Positions 1 to 10,247 of a stretch of 64,000 nt of DNA are shown piece by piece. Within the stretch, counting starts at the first letter, position 1; each line of letters begins with the position of its first letter. The translations under genes and the position numbers were made by a program. This DNA comes from a virus (Duplodnaviria; Caudoviricetes): the IMG/VR virus record IMGVR_UViG_3300002220_000189, positions 1 to 64,000 of that record. One strand, given 5' to 3'. The notes beneath the pieces were generated by a model, which saw nothing but the letters and a program-made list of their open reading frames with translations, did no database searches and was not told where the DNA came from.

Positions 1-34
1 GCTTTTGTACCATAGGGTTAGCTTTTGTACCATA
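1..34. repeat. Direct repeat GCTTTTGTACCATA x2 (period 20), possibly the end of a longer array cut by the window edge
   Basis: Identical 14-mers at 1-14 and 21-34. Confidence 0.7.
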
Positions 35-333
35 TTATATTTTAGTTTAAAGGGATTTTTGGGGGGTGATAAGTGAGTTTTGGGGAGAAGGAGAATAATC
101 TTTCATAATTTCTAACATATGAATTATAGTATTTTCTGTAATTTCTTGTTTTTGTTGTATAATTTGAAATGACTGTTCGATTTCTTTTATAAGAATACTA
201 TACTCATTTTCATACATAGTTACAAACATTTAAAAACCTCTTTTTTTAAAAAAATACTATTGTGTGGACATGTGCTATATATGTATTTATAAAAATGTTT
301 ATGAAATTTTGGGTAAAATAGATAAATAATTAT

Positions 334-1071
334 ATGAAAAAATATACTGTATATAAAATAATTAATGTAAAAACTGGTAAATGTTTCATAGGTTTCAGTG
401 AACTACCTTTGAATGCTATAAGGGAAAGAGTATTGAGAAGGTATATAACAGGTGATTGTAAATTATATAAATCAATGATAGAATATGGTATGAAATATTT
501 TAGATGGGAAGTGATTAGAATTACTGATGAAAAATATGTTCAGGAGGTAGTATCTAATTTAATTAATCTTTACAATAGTATAGAAGATGGGTATAATGAA
601 ATAGTTATAGAGAAGATTAATAATAGGCCGGAGTGGGTAAGGCGTAAAATTAGTGAATCTTTAAAAGGTATTCCTAAAAATGAAAAATGGTATGAATCAT
701 TTAATGCTACTATATCTAAAAGAGAACCTGGATTAAAATTTCCTAAGTGTAGTATTCCATTAAGTAATGAGACTAAGCGTAAGATTAGTAAAGTAATGAC
801 TGGAAGGATTGTGAGAGATGTTAGTAATATGAGTTTGGCTCAATGTGGGAAGCGTAGAAGTGATGCTGTAAAGCGTAAGATTAGTGAACGTAACAAATTA
901 AGTTATATGAATAGAGAAGTTCCTTTTGTATTTAATAATGTAAATTATAGAAGGGTTGTGGAGATGAAACTGGTGAAGGTTGGGAACATACAAATAAGTA
1001 GGGATTTGGGAATAAGTAAGAGTGGAGTTGAGAAGTATGTGCGAAAAGCGAAATCGGAGGGATTATTATGA
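334..1071 (+). CDS. GIY-YIG (Seg-like) homing endonuclease with NUMOD3-like repeats and C-terminal HTH
   Basis: VYKIIN...FIG, GYN, repeated ETKRKIS/VKRKIS, C-terminal HTH-like ISRDLGISKSGV. Confidence 0.75.
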   Translation: MKKYTVYKIINVKTGKCFIGFSELPLNAIRERVLRRYITGDCKLYKSMIEYGMKYFRWEVIRITDEKYVQEVVSNLINLYNSIEDGYNEIVIEKINNRPEWVRRKISESLKGIPKNEKWYESFNATISKREPGLKFPKCSIPLSNETKRKISKVMTGRIVRDVSNMSLAQCGKRRSDAVKRKISERNKLSYMNREVPFVFNNVNYRRVVEMKLVKVGNIQISRDLGISKSGVEKYVRKAKSEGLL

Positions 1072-1643
1072 AAATAAAGATAATTAGAGAATGTGGATAT
1101 ACAGAAGCTTTGCTGGGACTGGGTTTATCATATGGGATTACTAGCGAACATGATGTAAATTACTTTATGATAGATCACGATTTGAGGAATCGTATGTATG
1201 GCGTAGCTTTGAAGTTAGCTGATAAAGATGGTGGGCATAATAAGTTCTTAGAGACTATTGCTGTGTGGTTGGATGTTGCTGGACCGGCCTACTGGTGGAT
1301 TGAATTTGACACTTATAGGATAGGTGTTAGTAAGCAAAGTGAGAGTACTATGCATACCGTAATACGTAATGAAATCAAGGGTTTTATGTTTGAAGGTGGA
1401 CTGGATGATGTAGTAGTAGAAAGGCTTGAGAAGATTAGACTGGATGGGGATTTATTGAGATTGAAAAGAGAATTGCCTATGTCATTTATTCAAAGAAGAA
1501 TAATATGTTTAAATTATAAAGTGTTAAGACATATGATAAAACAAAGGAAAAATCATAGATTGCCTGAATGGAAATTATTTTGTACAGAAATATTATCTCA
1601 AATAAAATACCCTGAATTTATAAATAATGATGTGGAGATTTAA
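1068..1643 (+). CDS. thyX: ThyX-like flavin-dependent thymidylate synthase family protein
   Basis: GHNKFLE, WWIEFDTYRIG, QSESTMH, RKNHRLPEW motifs of phage ThyX-like proteins. Confidence 0.6.
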   Translation: MKIKIIRECGYTEALLGLGLSYGITSEHDVNYFMIDHDLRNRMYGVALKLADKDGGHNKFLETIAVWLDVAGPAYWWIEFDTYRIGVSKQSESTMHTVIRNEIKGFMFEGGLDDVVVERLEKIRLDGDLLRLKRELPMSFIQRRIICLNYKVLRHMIKQRKNHRLPEWKLFCTEILSQIKYPEFINNDVEI

Positions 1644-1646
1644 AAT

Positions 1647-1868
1647 ATGAAAAAATTGATATTTAGTAATGATGGAACTATAAGAGGTTCTTTTGTAAAT
1701 CTTATAATTACTTGTAGTATATTAGGTGTATTGATGTATGGATTGTTGTTCAGTCAGGAGATTGTTATGCGTATTAAGATGTTAGATACATTTATAGTGG
1801 GATTTTTTACAGCATCATTTGGAATATGGGCGGCCAAGAATGTATTAGAAAGTAAGAAAGATGATTAA
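1647..1868 (+). CDS. Small two-TM membrane protein (holin-like)
   Basis: Two hydrophobic segments and a charged C-terminus. Confidence 0.45.
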   Translation: MKKLIFSNDGTIRGSFVNLIITCSILGVLMYGLLFSQEIVMRIKMLDTFIVGFFTASFGIWAAKNVLESKKDD

Positions 1869-1885
1869 TAAAAAAGAGGAATATA

Positions 1886-2693
1886 GTGAGATATAACAAA
1901 TATTTAATAGAGTATAGTGATGAGATAGAAGATTCCAGTTTAAAGAGATCTAAATCTATTTCAAAAGATAAATTTTATAGTCTATTTAAGAAAAATTGTA
2001 TGAATAGTCTTAAATCTCCTCCCATATATAGAGGAGTGAAAGGAAGTGATGAAGAATATTTATATATAAATCCAAGAGGAAAAGAAAGAGTAAGTAGATA
2101 TACTGCTAATTGGTATATATTGATAATGAGATTATTAAAGTGTTGGGATGAATATCCCGATTTGGGATTTAGTTTAATTGGATCATTATCTGAAAGTGGT
2201 GCTCATGGTTGGTCTGATGATGTATATAGAGTATTTCCTTTATGATGGGGCTAAATTAGGAATAACTCCTGGTATACATTTTTGGTCATCTTTTGGGTCA
2301 TATTTAAGTGGAATGGAAAGTGTTACAGAGATATTAAAAGTATTATTTGATAAATTAAATATTAATGTAGATGGTAATTCAACTAATAAAATGGAAATGA
2401 AAAAAGCTCTTGATATTATAGATAAAAAGAAAGATGATATAGATGATGATTGGAAAAATTATTATTTACAATATTATTGTGTGCCAAAAGTAAGATCTAT
2501 TTTAGAAAAATATTTTTCTAATCCTAATGGTAATATATTAGAGGATGTATTTGGTATTATATTAAATAGTGATAAATTTAATCTTGTAACAATAGGTCAG
2601 AATTTTTCATATGAGCATAGACAATTTTGGACTGAAAGTGAATGTTTATTATTACGCATAGACAGTTCTGATGATTTTGATTATTACGCATAG
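1886..2693 (+). pseudogene. Frameshifted YRG-family (ART-like) putative internal virion protein, paralog 1
   Basis: ORFs 1886-2245 and 2178-2693 join at CCTTTATGAT (~2240) to give VFP-YDGAKLGITP, which aligns with VYPYDGTLIGIAP of paralog 3388-4215. Confidence 0.65.
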
Positions 2694-2715
2694 ACAGTTC
2701 TGATGATTTTGATTA
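2648..2715. repeat. 32-bp perfect tandem duplication
   Basis: ATTATTACGCATAGACAGTTCTGATGATTTTG at 2648-2679 and 2680-2711. Confidence 0.95.
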
Positions 2716-2729
2716 CTAAAAGAGGGGAA

Positions 2730-3395
2730 ATGAGATTAAACGGATATTTAATAAATGAAGATATAACAGATATTAATGAAATTGTAGATTTTTTAAAAGA
2801 AAAATGCTCTATTTTTATTAAAGAAAGTAATGGTTTAATGGTGTATCGTGGAGATGACCATTTAAGTTCAGATAATAAATTTATTATAAAACATAGTAGA
2901 TTACAGGATAGAAGACCATCAAGTACTCCTAAATATTGGCATGATATATTAAATGGATTATTTAAGAAGAAGTTTGGTTGGAATGTTAGAAATGGTATAT
3001 TTACTTCAAGTAATTGTTCTGTTGTTAGTGTGTATGGTCGGCCACGATTTTTTTATCCTATTGGTGCATATAGATATTGTTGGTCACCAGCTGTTGAAGA
3101 TTTATATAGTGAAGATTTTATAATGTCAAAACCTAAATTAAAAGATATGTATAACATATTTAAAGATCGTGGTGGTAGAGAATATTATTGTTTTGGACGT
3201 TACGAAAAATTGAATTTGGATTCACCCGAAAAATTTTTAGAATCTATTACTGAATATGTAGAAGAAGAGATTATAAGTACATATAAAGGTATTTCATTAC
3301 CAAAAGGTATTGCAAGTGGTAATGAAATAGTATTTGAATGTAAAGAGTATGTCTTATCTATGATTAATCATTTTGGGGAAAAATTATATGAGTAG
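2730..3395 (+). CDS. YRG-family ART-like putative internal virion protein, paralog 2 (likely start MRLNGYLINE)
   Basis: RBS AGAGGGG before ATG 2730; VYRG...IFTSS...GNEIVFE. Confidence 0.55.
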   Translation: MRLNGYLINEDITDINEIVDFLKEKCSIFIKESNGLMVYRGDDHLSSDNKFIIKHSRLQDRRPSSTPKYWHDILNGLFKKKFGWNVRNGIFTSSNCSVVSVYGRPRFFYPIGAYRYCWSPAVEDLYSEDFIMSKPKLKDMYNIFKDRGGREYYCFGRYEKLNLDSPEKFLESITEYVEEEIISTYKGISLPKGIASGNEIVFECKEYVLSMINHFGEKLYE

Positions 3396-4215
3396 ATTAG
3401 TATATTATTTGAATGAAAATAGAAGTGTACAAATTGATAAAGAAATGGCAAGTAGTCTTATGGAAATGAATTGTAAAAAAGCAGTAAATTCTAAATGGAT
3501 GATATATAGAGGAAATAATACTTTACGACAACGAGAACATTATTTTAAATCTGGTAATGAAAGAACCAGTCCATATGCTAGAAATAATATTTATAATTTG
3601 TTATTAAGTAATTTACCATCTTGGAAGAAATATCCTATAAGAAATAAATCGTTAGTATGTACAACAAATAAAATGAAGGCTGCTGGTGGATATGGTGGTG
3701 ATTATTATTTTACAGTATATCCATATGATGGAACATTAATTGGTATAGCTCCTGAATATGATATATGGGAATCATTTCGTAAAGTAATACAACCATTAGA
3801 TTCATTAAATTATTATTTGAATGATTTGATTTATAATGCTACAGGAAAAGGATATGATGAAGGAGAACCGAGAACGTATAGAGAATTATTAGATACTCTT
3901 TCAAAAGTTGATGAATATAAAGAAATGGTTGATGATTTCTGGGAACATTTTCATAATAAGTTGGTAAAATTTTTTACAGAAAAAATACCATATTCAAATA
4001 CTAAAAATAAAAAATTAATTGATTTATTGAATAAAGCATTAAGTCCCGAATATAATAATTTTGAATTAAGAAAAGTTGGGGAAGGTAGTTTAAATTCAGA
4101 TCATGAATTATGGTTTGAGGGTCAGGCCATATTATTACCTTCTGGTAGATATAGATATGATTGGGAAGAAGATGATGAAGATAACTATTTGGAAAAGGAT
4201 CTCAATAAAACTTAA
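3388..4215 (+). CDS. YRG-family ART-like putative internal virion protein, paralog 3 (likely start MSRLVYYLNE)
   Basis: IYRG...SLVCTT...HELWFE; clear similarity to paralog 1. Confidence 0.55.
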   Translation: MSRLVYYLNENRSVQIDKEMASSLMEMNCKKAVNSKWMIYRGNNTLRQREHYFKSGNERTSPYARNNIYNLLLSNLPSWKKYPIRNKSLVCTTNKMKAAGGYGGDYYFTVYPYDGTLIGIAPEYDIWESFRKVIQPLDSLNYYLNDLIYNATGKGYDEGEPRTYRELLDTLSKVDEYKEMVDDFWEHFHNKLVKFFTEKIPYSNTKNKKLIDLLNKALSPEYNNFELRKVGEGSLNSDHELWFEGQAILLPSGRYRYDWEEDDEDNYLEKDLNKT

Positions 4216-4234
4216 TAATAGGGAAGAATATTAA

Positions 4235-5616
4235 ATGAGACTTAATAATTATGTAACAGAAAAATTAAAAAGTTATGAATATGATGAAGCATTGAATAAT
4301 CCTAACATTATAATAGGTGCTGAATTTGAATTTAAGTTCAAAGAAAATTTAATGGAATATGATTATAATGATAATGAGGATTATATTCGTGATTTTAATC
4401 AATATGAATATTATTGTTCGGATTTTGATGAGTATGAAAATAAGAGGGATGAGTGGAAAATTCAAGTAAAAGAATGGGAAAATCAAGTAAAAGAATGGGA
4501 AAATCAAGTAAAAGAATGGGAAAATCAAGTAAAAGAATGGGAAAAAAGAAAAAAGTGGAGTGAAAAAGAACCAGCACTTCCAGGATTTGAAAAATATAAA
4601 AAACAAGAAAAAATGCCAGAAAAGCCAGAAGAACCAGAAGAACCAGAAAAGCCAGAATTACCATATTACGTACACAATAACCGTAGTATGTATTTAAATA
4701 GTGATGGTTCTATAGATCCACCGCATCCAGGAAATTATGAACGTCCTACGCATGTTGTAGATGTATTTTATGATATAGTTAGAGGTACAATGTGGAATAA
4801 TATTATGGATAATATTTGGAAAGTAGAAACTGATGAGTCTCTTTCAGGGGGCAATGGTATAGAAGTTATATCCCCACCAATGCCATTAGAGAAATTCTTA
4901 AAAATTTGTCCTGAAATATTTGATTTTATTGATACATATGGATATACTGATAATGATTGTGGATTTCATATTAATATAAGTTTGAAAAATGTTAGTAGAC
5001 TTGAAAAAACATTAGATGTTTTAAAACTTATTTTGTTTTTTGAAGAAGATATGGTTTATAAATATTTTGATATAAGAAGACATAGTACATACGCATTATC
5101 ATCTAAAAAAAAATAATATTTAAAGAATTTGGTGTTGATGATATACGTAAAATTATTGATACTGAAAAAGTAAAAAAAGCATATAAACAAGAAAAATTTT
5201 TAGGTATAAATATTTTAAAATTATTAGAAAGTGATATACCATATATAGAATTTAGATATTTAGGTGGTAAAGATTATCATAGAAAGTGGGCAGAAATAAA
5301 GAAAATTATTGCACATTATTGTCACAGTATGTCAATAGCATGTGATCCAAATTATAAAAGAAAAGAATATTTATTAAAAATAACAAGATTGCAACATAAA
5401 ATTGATATGGCAAGAATTCTTGACAGTATTACAAGATCAACAAAGAGAATTGAATATTTAGAATTTAATATAGATCCTAAAGATCAAAAAGAAATTGATA
5501 TACTTAGGAAAGAAGTTAAAAAATTAGAATCAAAACTTAATATATTAAAATCTAGAGTAAAGTTTAATGTTGGTGAATTAGACAATATTAAGAATAGTAT
5601 GACGGGGGAAGAATGA
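4235..5616 (+). pseudogene. Putative amidoligase (COOH-NH2 ligase type 2), frameshifted at an A9 run (~5105-5113)
   Basis: IGAEFEF, DESL..GIEVISP, CGFHINIS; after a -1 shift continues IIFKEFG...IEFRYLGGKDYHRKW, matching the paralog at 5613. Confidence 0.7.
4463..4545 (+). repeat. 21-bp coding tandem repeat x4 (QVKEWEN)
   Basis: CAAGTAAAAGAATGGGAAAAT repeated. Confidence 0.95.
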
Positions 5617-6821
5617 AGGTTAGAGATTATTTAGTATTGGAAAAAATTACAAGAAGTGAAATAGATGCTATTTTAAAAAATCAGAATCTTCAAATAGGTG
5701 CTGAATTTGAATTCGTCATTCCCAAATTTGTAGAAAAGTATAAAGAAAAAGTTGATGCATATGAATTAGCAAGAGGATATGAACATCAGTTATCTGAATA
5801 TGAACGAGAGCACGAAGAATGGGAAGAAAGTTTAGAAGATGATATACCTCTTGAACCACCTATACCACCAGAATGGGCAGTTGAATTAGGGTATGTGCCA
5901 GGTGATGATATACCAGACGTTTCTGATATATTTCCAGAATTGACAACAGAAGTGAAATATACTTTTAAGAAGATGATAAACGAATTTATACCATTAGATA
6001 AACTTCCATTTAATAATTATACTATAACATCAGACGAAAAAGCCAGAAATTCTAAAAAGTGGATTATAAAGCCAGATGGATCATTGGGAATTGCCGGTGT
6101 TGAAATTGTTACACCAGTGTTATCCATAACAGAATTTATTAAAGTTTGCCCAAAAATGTTTGAATTTATTGATAAATATGGTATTATTGATAATGATTGT
6201 GGATTTCATATTTCAATGAGTATTAAAAATGTAAAAAATTTAGGCGAACAACTTGATATTGTAAAATTATCTTTGTTTACAGATGAAGGATATATTTATA
6301 AATACTTTGATATGAGAAAATATAATGAATATGCCAGATCAGCACATTCAACAGTAAGAACTAATATGGGTTCTAGTGATTTTAAAGAATATGTGAAAAC
6401 TAAAAAAATGGAAATTGATTATTCTGATAGTCATAATATGGCTATTAATATTGAACATTTGTATACTAATAATGAATATATAGAATTTAGATACTTAGGT
6501 GGTAAAGATTATCATAGAAAGTGGAACAGAATTAAAAGTGTTATAGCACAGTATGGTCATAATCTTATTTTGGCATGTGATCCAGAATATAAAAAGAAAG
6601 AATATTTATTAAAACTACATAATGTATTATTAAAGGCTGATTTATTTAGTGATATGATTAATATAACACAGTTAGATAAAAATTCTGAAGAGTATCAAAA
6701 AGCATTCAAAAGAATTACTTTATTAAATAAAAGAATTAAATTAAGTACTGATGAAATTGCCGATTTTGCTCATAATGTAGGATCTGATGTTCTTAAAAAA
6801 ATGGATGATAGATTATTTTAA
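5613..6821 (+). CDS. Putative amidoligase (COOH-NH2 ligase type 2)
   Basis: IGAEFEF, PDGSL..GVEIVTP, CGFHISMS, IEFRYLGG. Confidence 0.75.
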   Translation: MKVRDYLVLEKITRSEIDAILKNQNLQIGAEFEFVIPKFVEKYKEKVDAYELARGYEHQLSEYEREHEEWEESLEDDIPLEPPIPPEWAVELGYVPGDDIPDVSDIFPELTTEVKYTFKKMINEFIPLDKLPFNNYTITSDEKARNSKKWIIKPDGSLGIAGVEIVTPVLSITEFIKVCPKMFEFIDKYGIIDNDCGFHISMSIKNVKNLGEQLDIVKLSLFTDEGYIYKYFDMRKYNEYARSAHSTVRTNMGSSDFKEYVKTKKMEIDYSDSHNMAINIEHLYTNNEYIEFRYLGGKDYHRKWNRIKSVIAQYGHNLILACDPEYKKKEYLLKLHNVLLKADLFSDMINITQLDKNSEEYQKAFKRITLLNKRIKLSTDEIADFAHNVGSDVLKKMDDRLF

Positions 6822-6825
6822 CCAA

Positions 6826-6854
6826 TTTACATTTGATATAAATTAGAGTATAAT
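6826..6854 (+). promoter_or_regulatory. sigma70-type (early) promoter
   Basis: TTTACA-N17-TATAAT. Confidence 0.7.
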
Positions 6855-6860
6855 ATTCTT

Positions 6861-7046
6861 ATGAATTATATTTGTTTATATGCTAATGACTGCAATACTT
6901 CTATTTGTATACATAGAAAACCACATGATTATAGAATTACTTGTGATAATAAACCATGTATACATCTAAAAGATGAGTTTGTAACGTGTATAAAAATTAA
7001 TGATTTCAAGAATGAAATAGATAAAATATTATTAGGAGATTTATGA
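6861..7046 (+). CDS. Small Cys/His-rich protein with C-terminal EIDKIL tag
   Basis: Starts 6 nt after the -10 box; similar to 26918 and 27106. Confidence 0.6.
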   Translation: MNYICLYANDCNTSICIHRKPHDYRITCDNKPCIHLKDEFVTCIKINDFKNEIDKILLGDL

Positions 7047-7049
7047 AAT

Positions 7050-7292
7050 ATGGGTTTATGTATGAAATGTAAAAAGATGCTACCTCCGGGATTTGTGGAG
7101 GAAGAAGTATGTATATTTTGTAAAAGAAATACTGAAAAAATTGAATATAGTAACGGAAAAATAGCAACAAAAACAGAAATAGTGAATGAGTATGATATTT
7201 TTCTTAAAGTAGTAAAAGAAAAAAATGAAATATTGAAAAATGCGGTAAAAGGTGATACATCTGGTATTCCAGATAAATTAATTTTAGATTAA
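7050..7292 (+). CDS. Small zinc-ribbon protein
   Basis: CMKC...CIFC; RBS AGGAG. Confidence 0.55.
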   Translation: MGLCMKCKKMLPPGFVEEEVCIFCKRNTEKIEYSNGKIATKTEIVNEYDIFLKVVKEKNEILKNAVKGDTSGIPDKLILD

Positions 7293-7307
7293 AGAAAAGG
7301 TAATGTT

Positions 7308-7823
7308 ATGATTACTAACGTGGTTTTACTGAATTCAGATTTTACACCATTGGGTGTTATTTCTTGGAAAAAGGCAATTAGACTTCTGGTGAAGGGTAAA
7401 GCAGAAGTTATTAAATTTTCAACGAAAATAATTAGAAATTTTGATAGAACTGTTGAAATTATTCTACCTGAAATTATGAGACTTATCAAACTTATAAGAG
7501 AAGTGTGGAAAGGTAGGGTACCTCTGAATAAACGAAATGTTTTGATAAGAGATCAGTATACTTGTCAATATTGTGGAAAAGTATCAAGAACACATATGAG
7601 TATTGATCATGTTATTCCACGTTCTAAAGGAGGCAAAAATACATTTGATAATCTTGTAACTTGTTGTGTATCATGTAACAATAAGAAAGATAATCGTTTG
7701 CCTTCTGAAGCTAAAATGTATCTCAAACATCAGCCTAAAACACCTACTATCATGGAATTTTTGATGGTGAGTATCAAGAATGCTGGTTTAGCAAATGTGT
7801 TGAAAGAGGCTGGTTTGGCCTAG
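7308..7823 (+). CDS. HNH endonuclease (McrA/HNH_5-like)
   Basis: VLLN.DF.PL, RDQYTCQYCG, IDHVIPRSKGG, NLVTCCVSCNNKK. Confidence 0.9.
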   Translation: MITNVVLLNSDFTPLGVISWKKAIRLLVKGKAEVIKFSTKIIRNFDRTVEIILPEIMRLIKLIREVWKGRVPLNKRNVLIRDQYTCQYCGKVSRTHMSIDHVIPRSKGGKNTFDNLVTCCVSCNNKKDNRLPSEAKMYLKHQPKTPTIMEFLMVSIKNAGLANVLKEAGLA

Positions 7824-7833
7824 GAGAAAATAT

Positions 7834-8964
7834 TTGTCAAAAGAGTTAAAAATTGTTAAAACACCCGGAAGAATAAGTTTTTTAAGTTATATAAGTGATA
7901 GACAAGGTTGTGGACATATAAGAGTAATATTTCCTGCTATGTTAATGAATATGTTACGATTACCAGATTATATATTTGAACATGATTATGGGATGGTATT
8001 TTGTAACGATATTAAATATTTCATTCATTATTCAATGGTTATATTTCAAAGAGCTGCTACAGATAGACATCTTGAATTAATTAAACATTATAAGACTAAT
8101 CTAAAACCCATAGCAAGAGTTCCTATGGTATATGAGATTGATGATTTATTGACTGATATACCATTATGGAATTATGCGAGTACATATTATAATTCACGTT
8201 TTAATGTTACATCTGAAATTATGAAACTTGTTGATGGTATAAGTGTGTCTACTGAAAAATTGAAAGAAATATATTCACAATTCAATAATAATATAGTTGT
8301 CATACCTAATCATCTCCCCAAATTCTTATGGGGTAATATTATCAAAAAACACGAAACAACGCCAAATATTATCAAGCCAAGAATACTTTATGCAGGTTCT
8401 GAAAATCACTTCTGTAATAAAAAATCTGATGAATATAAAAAAGGTTTGATATCAGATGGCGGTGATTTTGGATTAGAATTTCTTGATTATATAAAGAAAA
8501 CCACTGATAAATATCAGTGGGTGTTTAGTGGAGCTTATCCACTTGAACTGGAAAACCTTATTAATGATGGAAAGATAGAGAAATATCCTTGGAAAAATAT
8601 ATTAGAATATCCGAGACATATAAAGTCTTTAGATATTGATATATGGTTAGCACCACTACAGAAATGTTTATTCAATGATAGCAAATCAAATATCAAAGGT
8701 TTAGAAGCTGTTGCTAGTGGTTGTCCTTGCGTATTTTCTAATGCGGAGCCATATAAAAATTTCATGTTGACTTGTAATAGCGATAATGAGATAATATCCT
8801 ATATAGAGAAATTAGCAGTGGATATAGATTTCAGAAAAAAGGTATATGAACATGATTATAATGTAGTGAAAGAATTATTGTTTTGGGAAGAATATGATAA
8901 TGTTAAAAAGTATGTAAATTCATATATTAGTTTGTTTGGTAAGATATTAAAAGATGATAGATAA
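7834..8964 (+). CDS. Glycosyltransferase (GT-B, phage GT4-like)
   Basis: GCGHIR, YEIDD, IPNHLP, LAPL...FNDSKSNIKGLE. Confidence 0.8.
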   Translation: MSKELKIVKTPGRISFLSYISDRQGCGHIRVIFPAMLMNMLRLPDYIFEHDYGMVFCNDIKYFIHYSMVIFQRAATDRHLELIKHYKTNLKPIARVPMVYEIDDLLTDIPLWNYASTYYNSRFNVTSEIMKLVDGISVSTEKLKEIYSQFNNNIVVIPNHLPKFLWGNIIKKHETTPNIIKPRILYAGSENHFCNKKSDEYKKGLISDGGDFGLEFLDYIKKTTDKYQWVFSGAYPLELENLINDGKIEKYPWKNILEYPRHIKSLDIDIWLAPLQKCLFNDSKSNIKGLEAVASGCPCVFSNAEPYKNFMLTCNSDNEIISYIEKLAVDIDFRKKVYEHDYNVVKELLFWEEYDNVKKYVNSYISLFGKILKDDR

Positions 8965-9292
8965 TAGATCTGTAATTGGTTATATTCCATATTTTATTCA
9001 ACGTGAATTGAGTGATCTTTCGATGTTTGATATTGAAATATATGAAAGATTTGAATTAAATCAAATGATTATAAGTTGCAGATGCAAAGCCTGTAATCAG
9101 ATTTTGGGTATGAAGATAGATCGTTCAAGTTTATTGACTTTAGATAGTGTTATCTCATATTTTAAATCTATCATAGAAACTTTAAGAAATGAGCTTACAC
9201 ATCATATGTGTAAACAAATTCAGTTAATAAAGATGACCATAAACATAAAAAGTGAATATATAGAGGAGATTGAAAAAATATTAGATATATGA
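8954..9292 (+). CDS. Hypothetical Zn-binding protein with C-terminal EIEKIL tag
   Basis: CKAC...HMC; ends EEIEKILDI. Confidence 0.55.
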   Translation: MIDNRSVIGYIPYFIQRELSDLSMFDIEIYERFELNQMIISCRCKACNQILGMKIDRSSLLTLDSVISYFKSIIETLRNELTHHMCKQIQLIKMTINIKSEYIEEIEKILDI

Positions 9293-9307
9293 TAAAAGGT
9301 TAGATAA

Positions 9308-9670
9308 GTGAAGGATTATTTTGATAAATTAGAAAATGTTAAATTTATAACATATATAGAAGATACGATTCAGAATTATTGTATATATGAAAAAAAGCAT
9401 ATTGAAATATTAACACATGGTCATTCTATGCATTATCAATCTTTTCCTGGTACTTATGATTTTATATTGTATTGCAATAACTGTTGTAAATATGGAGTAT
9501 TAGATATATATGAAGAAAAAATAAAACAATATGCACATCTTATTATAAGTATGATTAAAGGGGCAGTTGATGAACATATTTGTTATGTTTCTACATCATC
9601 TATTCAAAGGTTAAATATTTTTAAAAATAATAAAATAAAAGAGGAGATTGAAAAAATTTTAGAGTTATGA
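9308..9670 (+). CDS. Hypothetical Zn-binding protein with C-terminal EIEKIL tag
   Basis: CNNC...HIC; ends EEIEKILEL. Confidence 0.55.
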   Translation: MKDYFDKLENVKFITYIEDTIQNYCIYEKKHIEILTHGHSMHYQSFPGTYDFILYCNNCCKYGVLDIYEEKIKQYAHLIISMIKGAVDEHICYVSTSSIQRLNIFKNNKIKEEIEKILEL

Positions 9671-10002
9671 AAACATCGTATTTCGCAAAGAATGGAAATC
9701 ATAAGAATGCTGTATCCATTGCTGGTTCATGTCCTAAAAATTTTGTTGGAAGGGAATATAAAAAATTAGCACCCCATTATTGGTTTTTTCAAAAATATAA
9801 AGAAGATGGTGATAAAGATTATTATATAAAAAAATATAACGATTTAGTATTGGAACCACTCAATCCCGAAGAAGTATATAATGAGCTTGGTGAAGATGCT
9901 GTATTACTTTGTTGGGAAAAGAATGGTAAATTTTGTCATCGTCATCTTGTGGCAAAATGGTTTAAAGAAAAATTAAAAAATATAGAAATAAGTGAATTAT
10001 AA
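9667..10002 (+). CDS. DUF488-like protein
   Basis: MKTSYFA, KLAP, LLCWEK...FCHRHLVA. Confidence 0.8.
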   Translation: MKTSYFAKNGNHKNAVSIAGSCPKNFVGREYKKLAPHYWFFQKYKEDGDKDYYIKKYNDLVLEPLNPEEVYNELGEDAVLLCWEKNGKFCHRHLVAKWFKEKLKNIEISEL

Positions 10003-10004
10003 AA

Positions 10005-10247
10005 ATGTTATATTCAGGACCAGTAATATCAGATAATTATTTGCAATATTTAGACGTACCGGTATCATCTGGTAGGGTTTTTTATAATGAATCTAATAAT
10101 AATACATATCATTATGTTAATAATACGTGGAGTACGTTATATATATCAGACTCCAGTATACTTGAATGGAAGTCAAATTTAGAAGGGCAGGAAAATATTA
10201 ATAATATATTTAAAAAAGAAATAGATGAAATATTAGGAATATTATGA
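10005..10247 (+). CDS. Hypothetical protein with C-terminal EIDEIL tag
   Basis: Coupled ORF ending FKKEIDEILGIL. Confidence 0.5.
   Translation: MLYSGPVISDNYLQYLDVPVSSGRVFYNESNNNTYHYVNNTWSTLYISDSSILEWKSNLEGQENINNIFKKEIDEILGIL

Noticed and set aside
47-229. 60-aa - strand ORF
   Set aside because: Has a plausible GAGG RBS but no recognisable motif; cannot be supported or assigned
2648-2715. 32-bp repeat as CRISPR or att site
   Set aside because: Head-to-tail copies with no spacer; simple slippage duplication or assembly artefact
4349-4664. Hydrophobic repeat ORFs on -
   Set aside because: Antisense shadows of the QVKEWEN repeat
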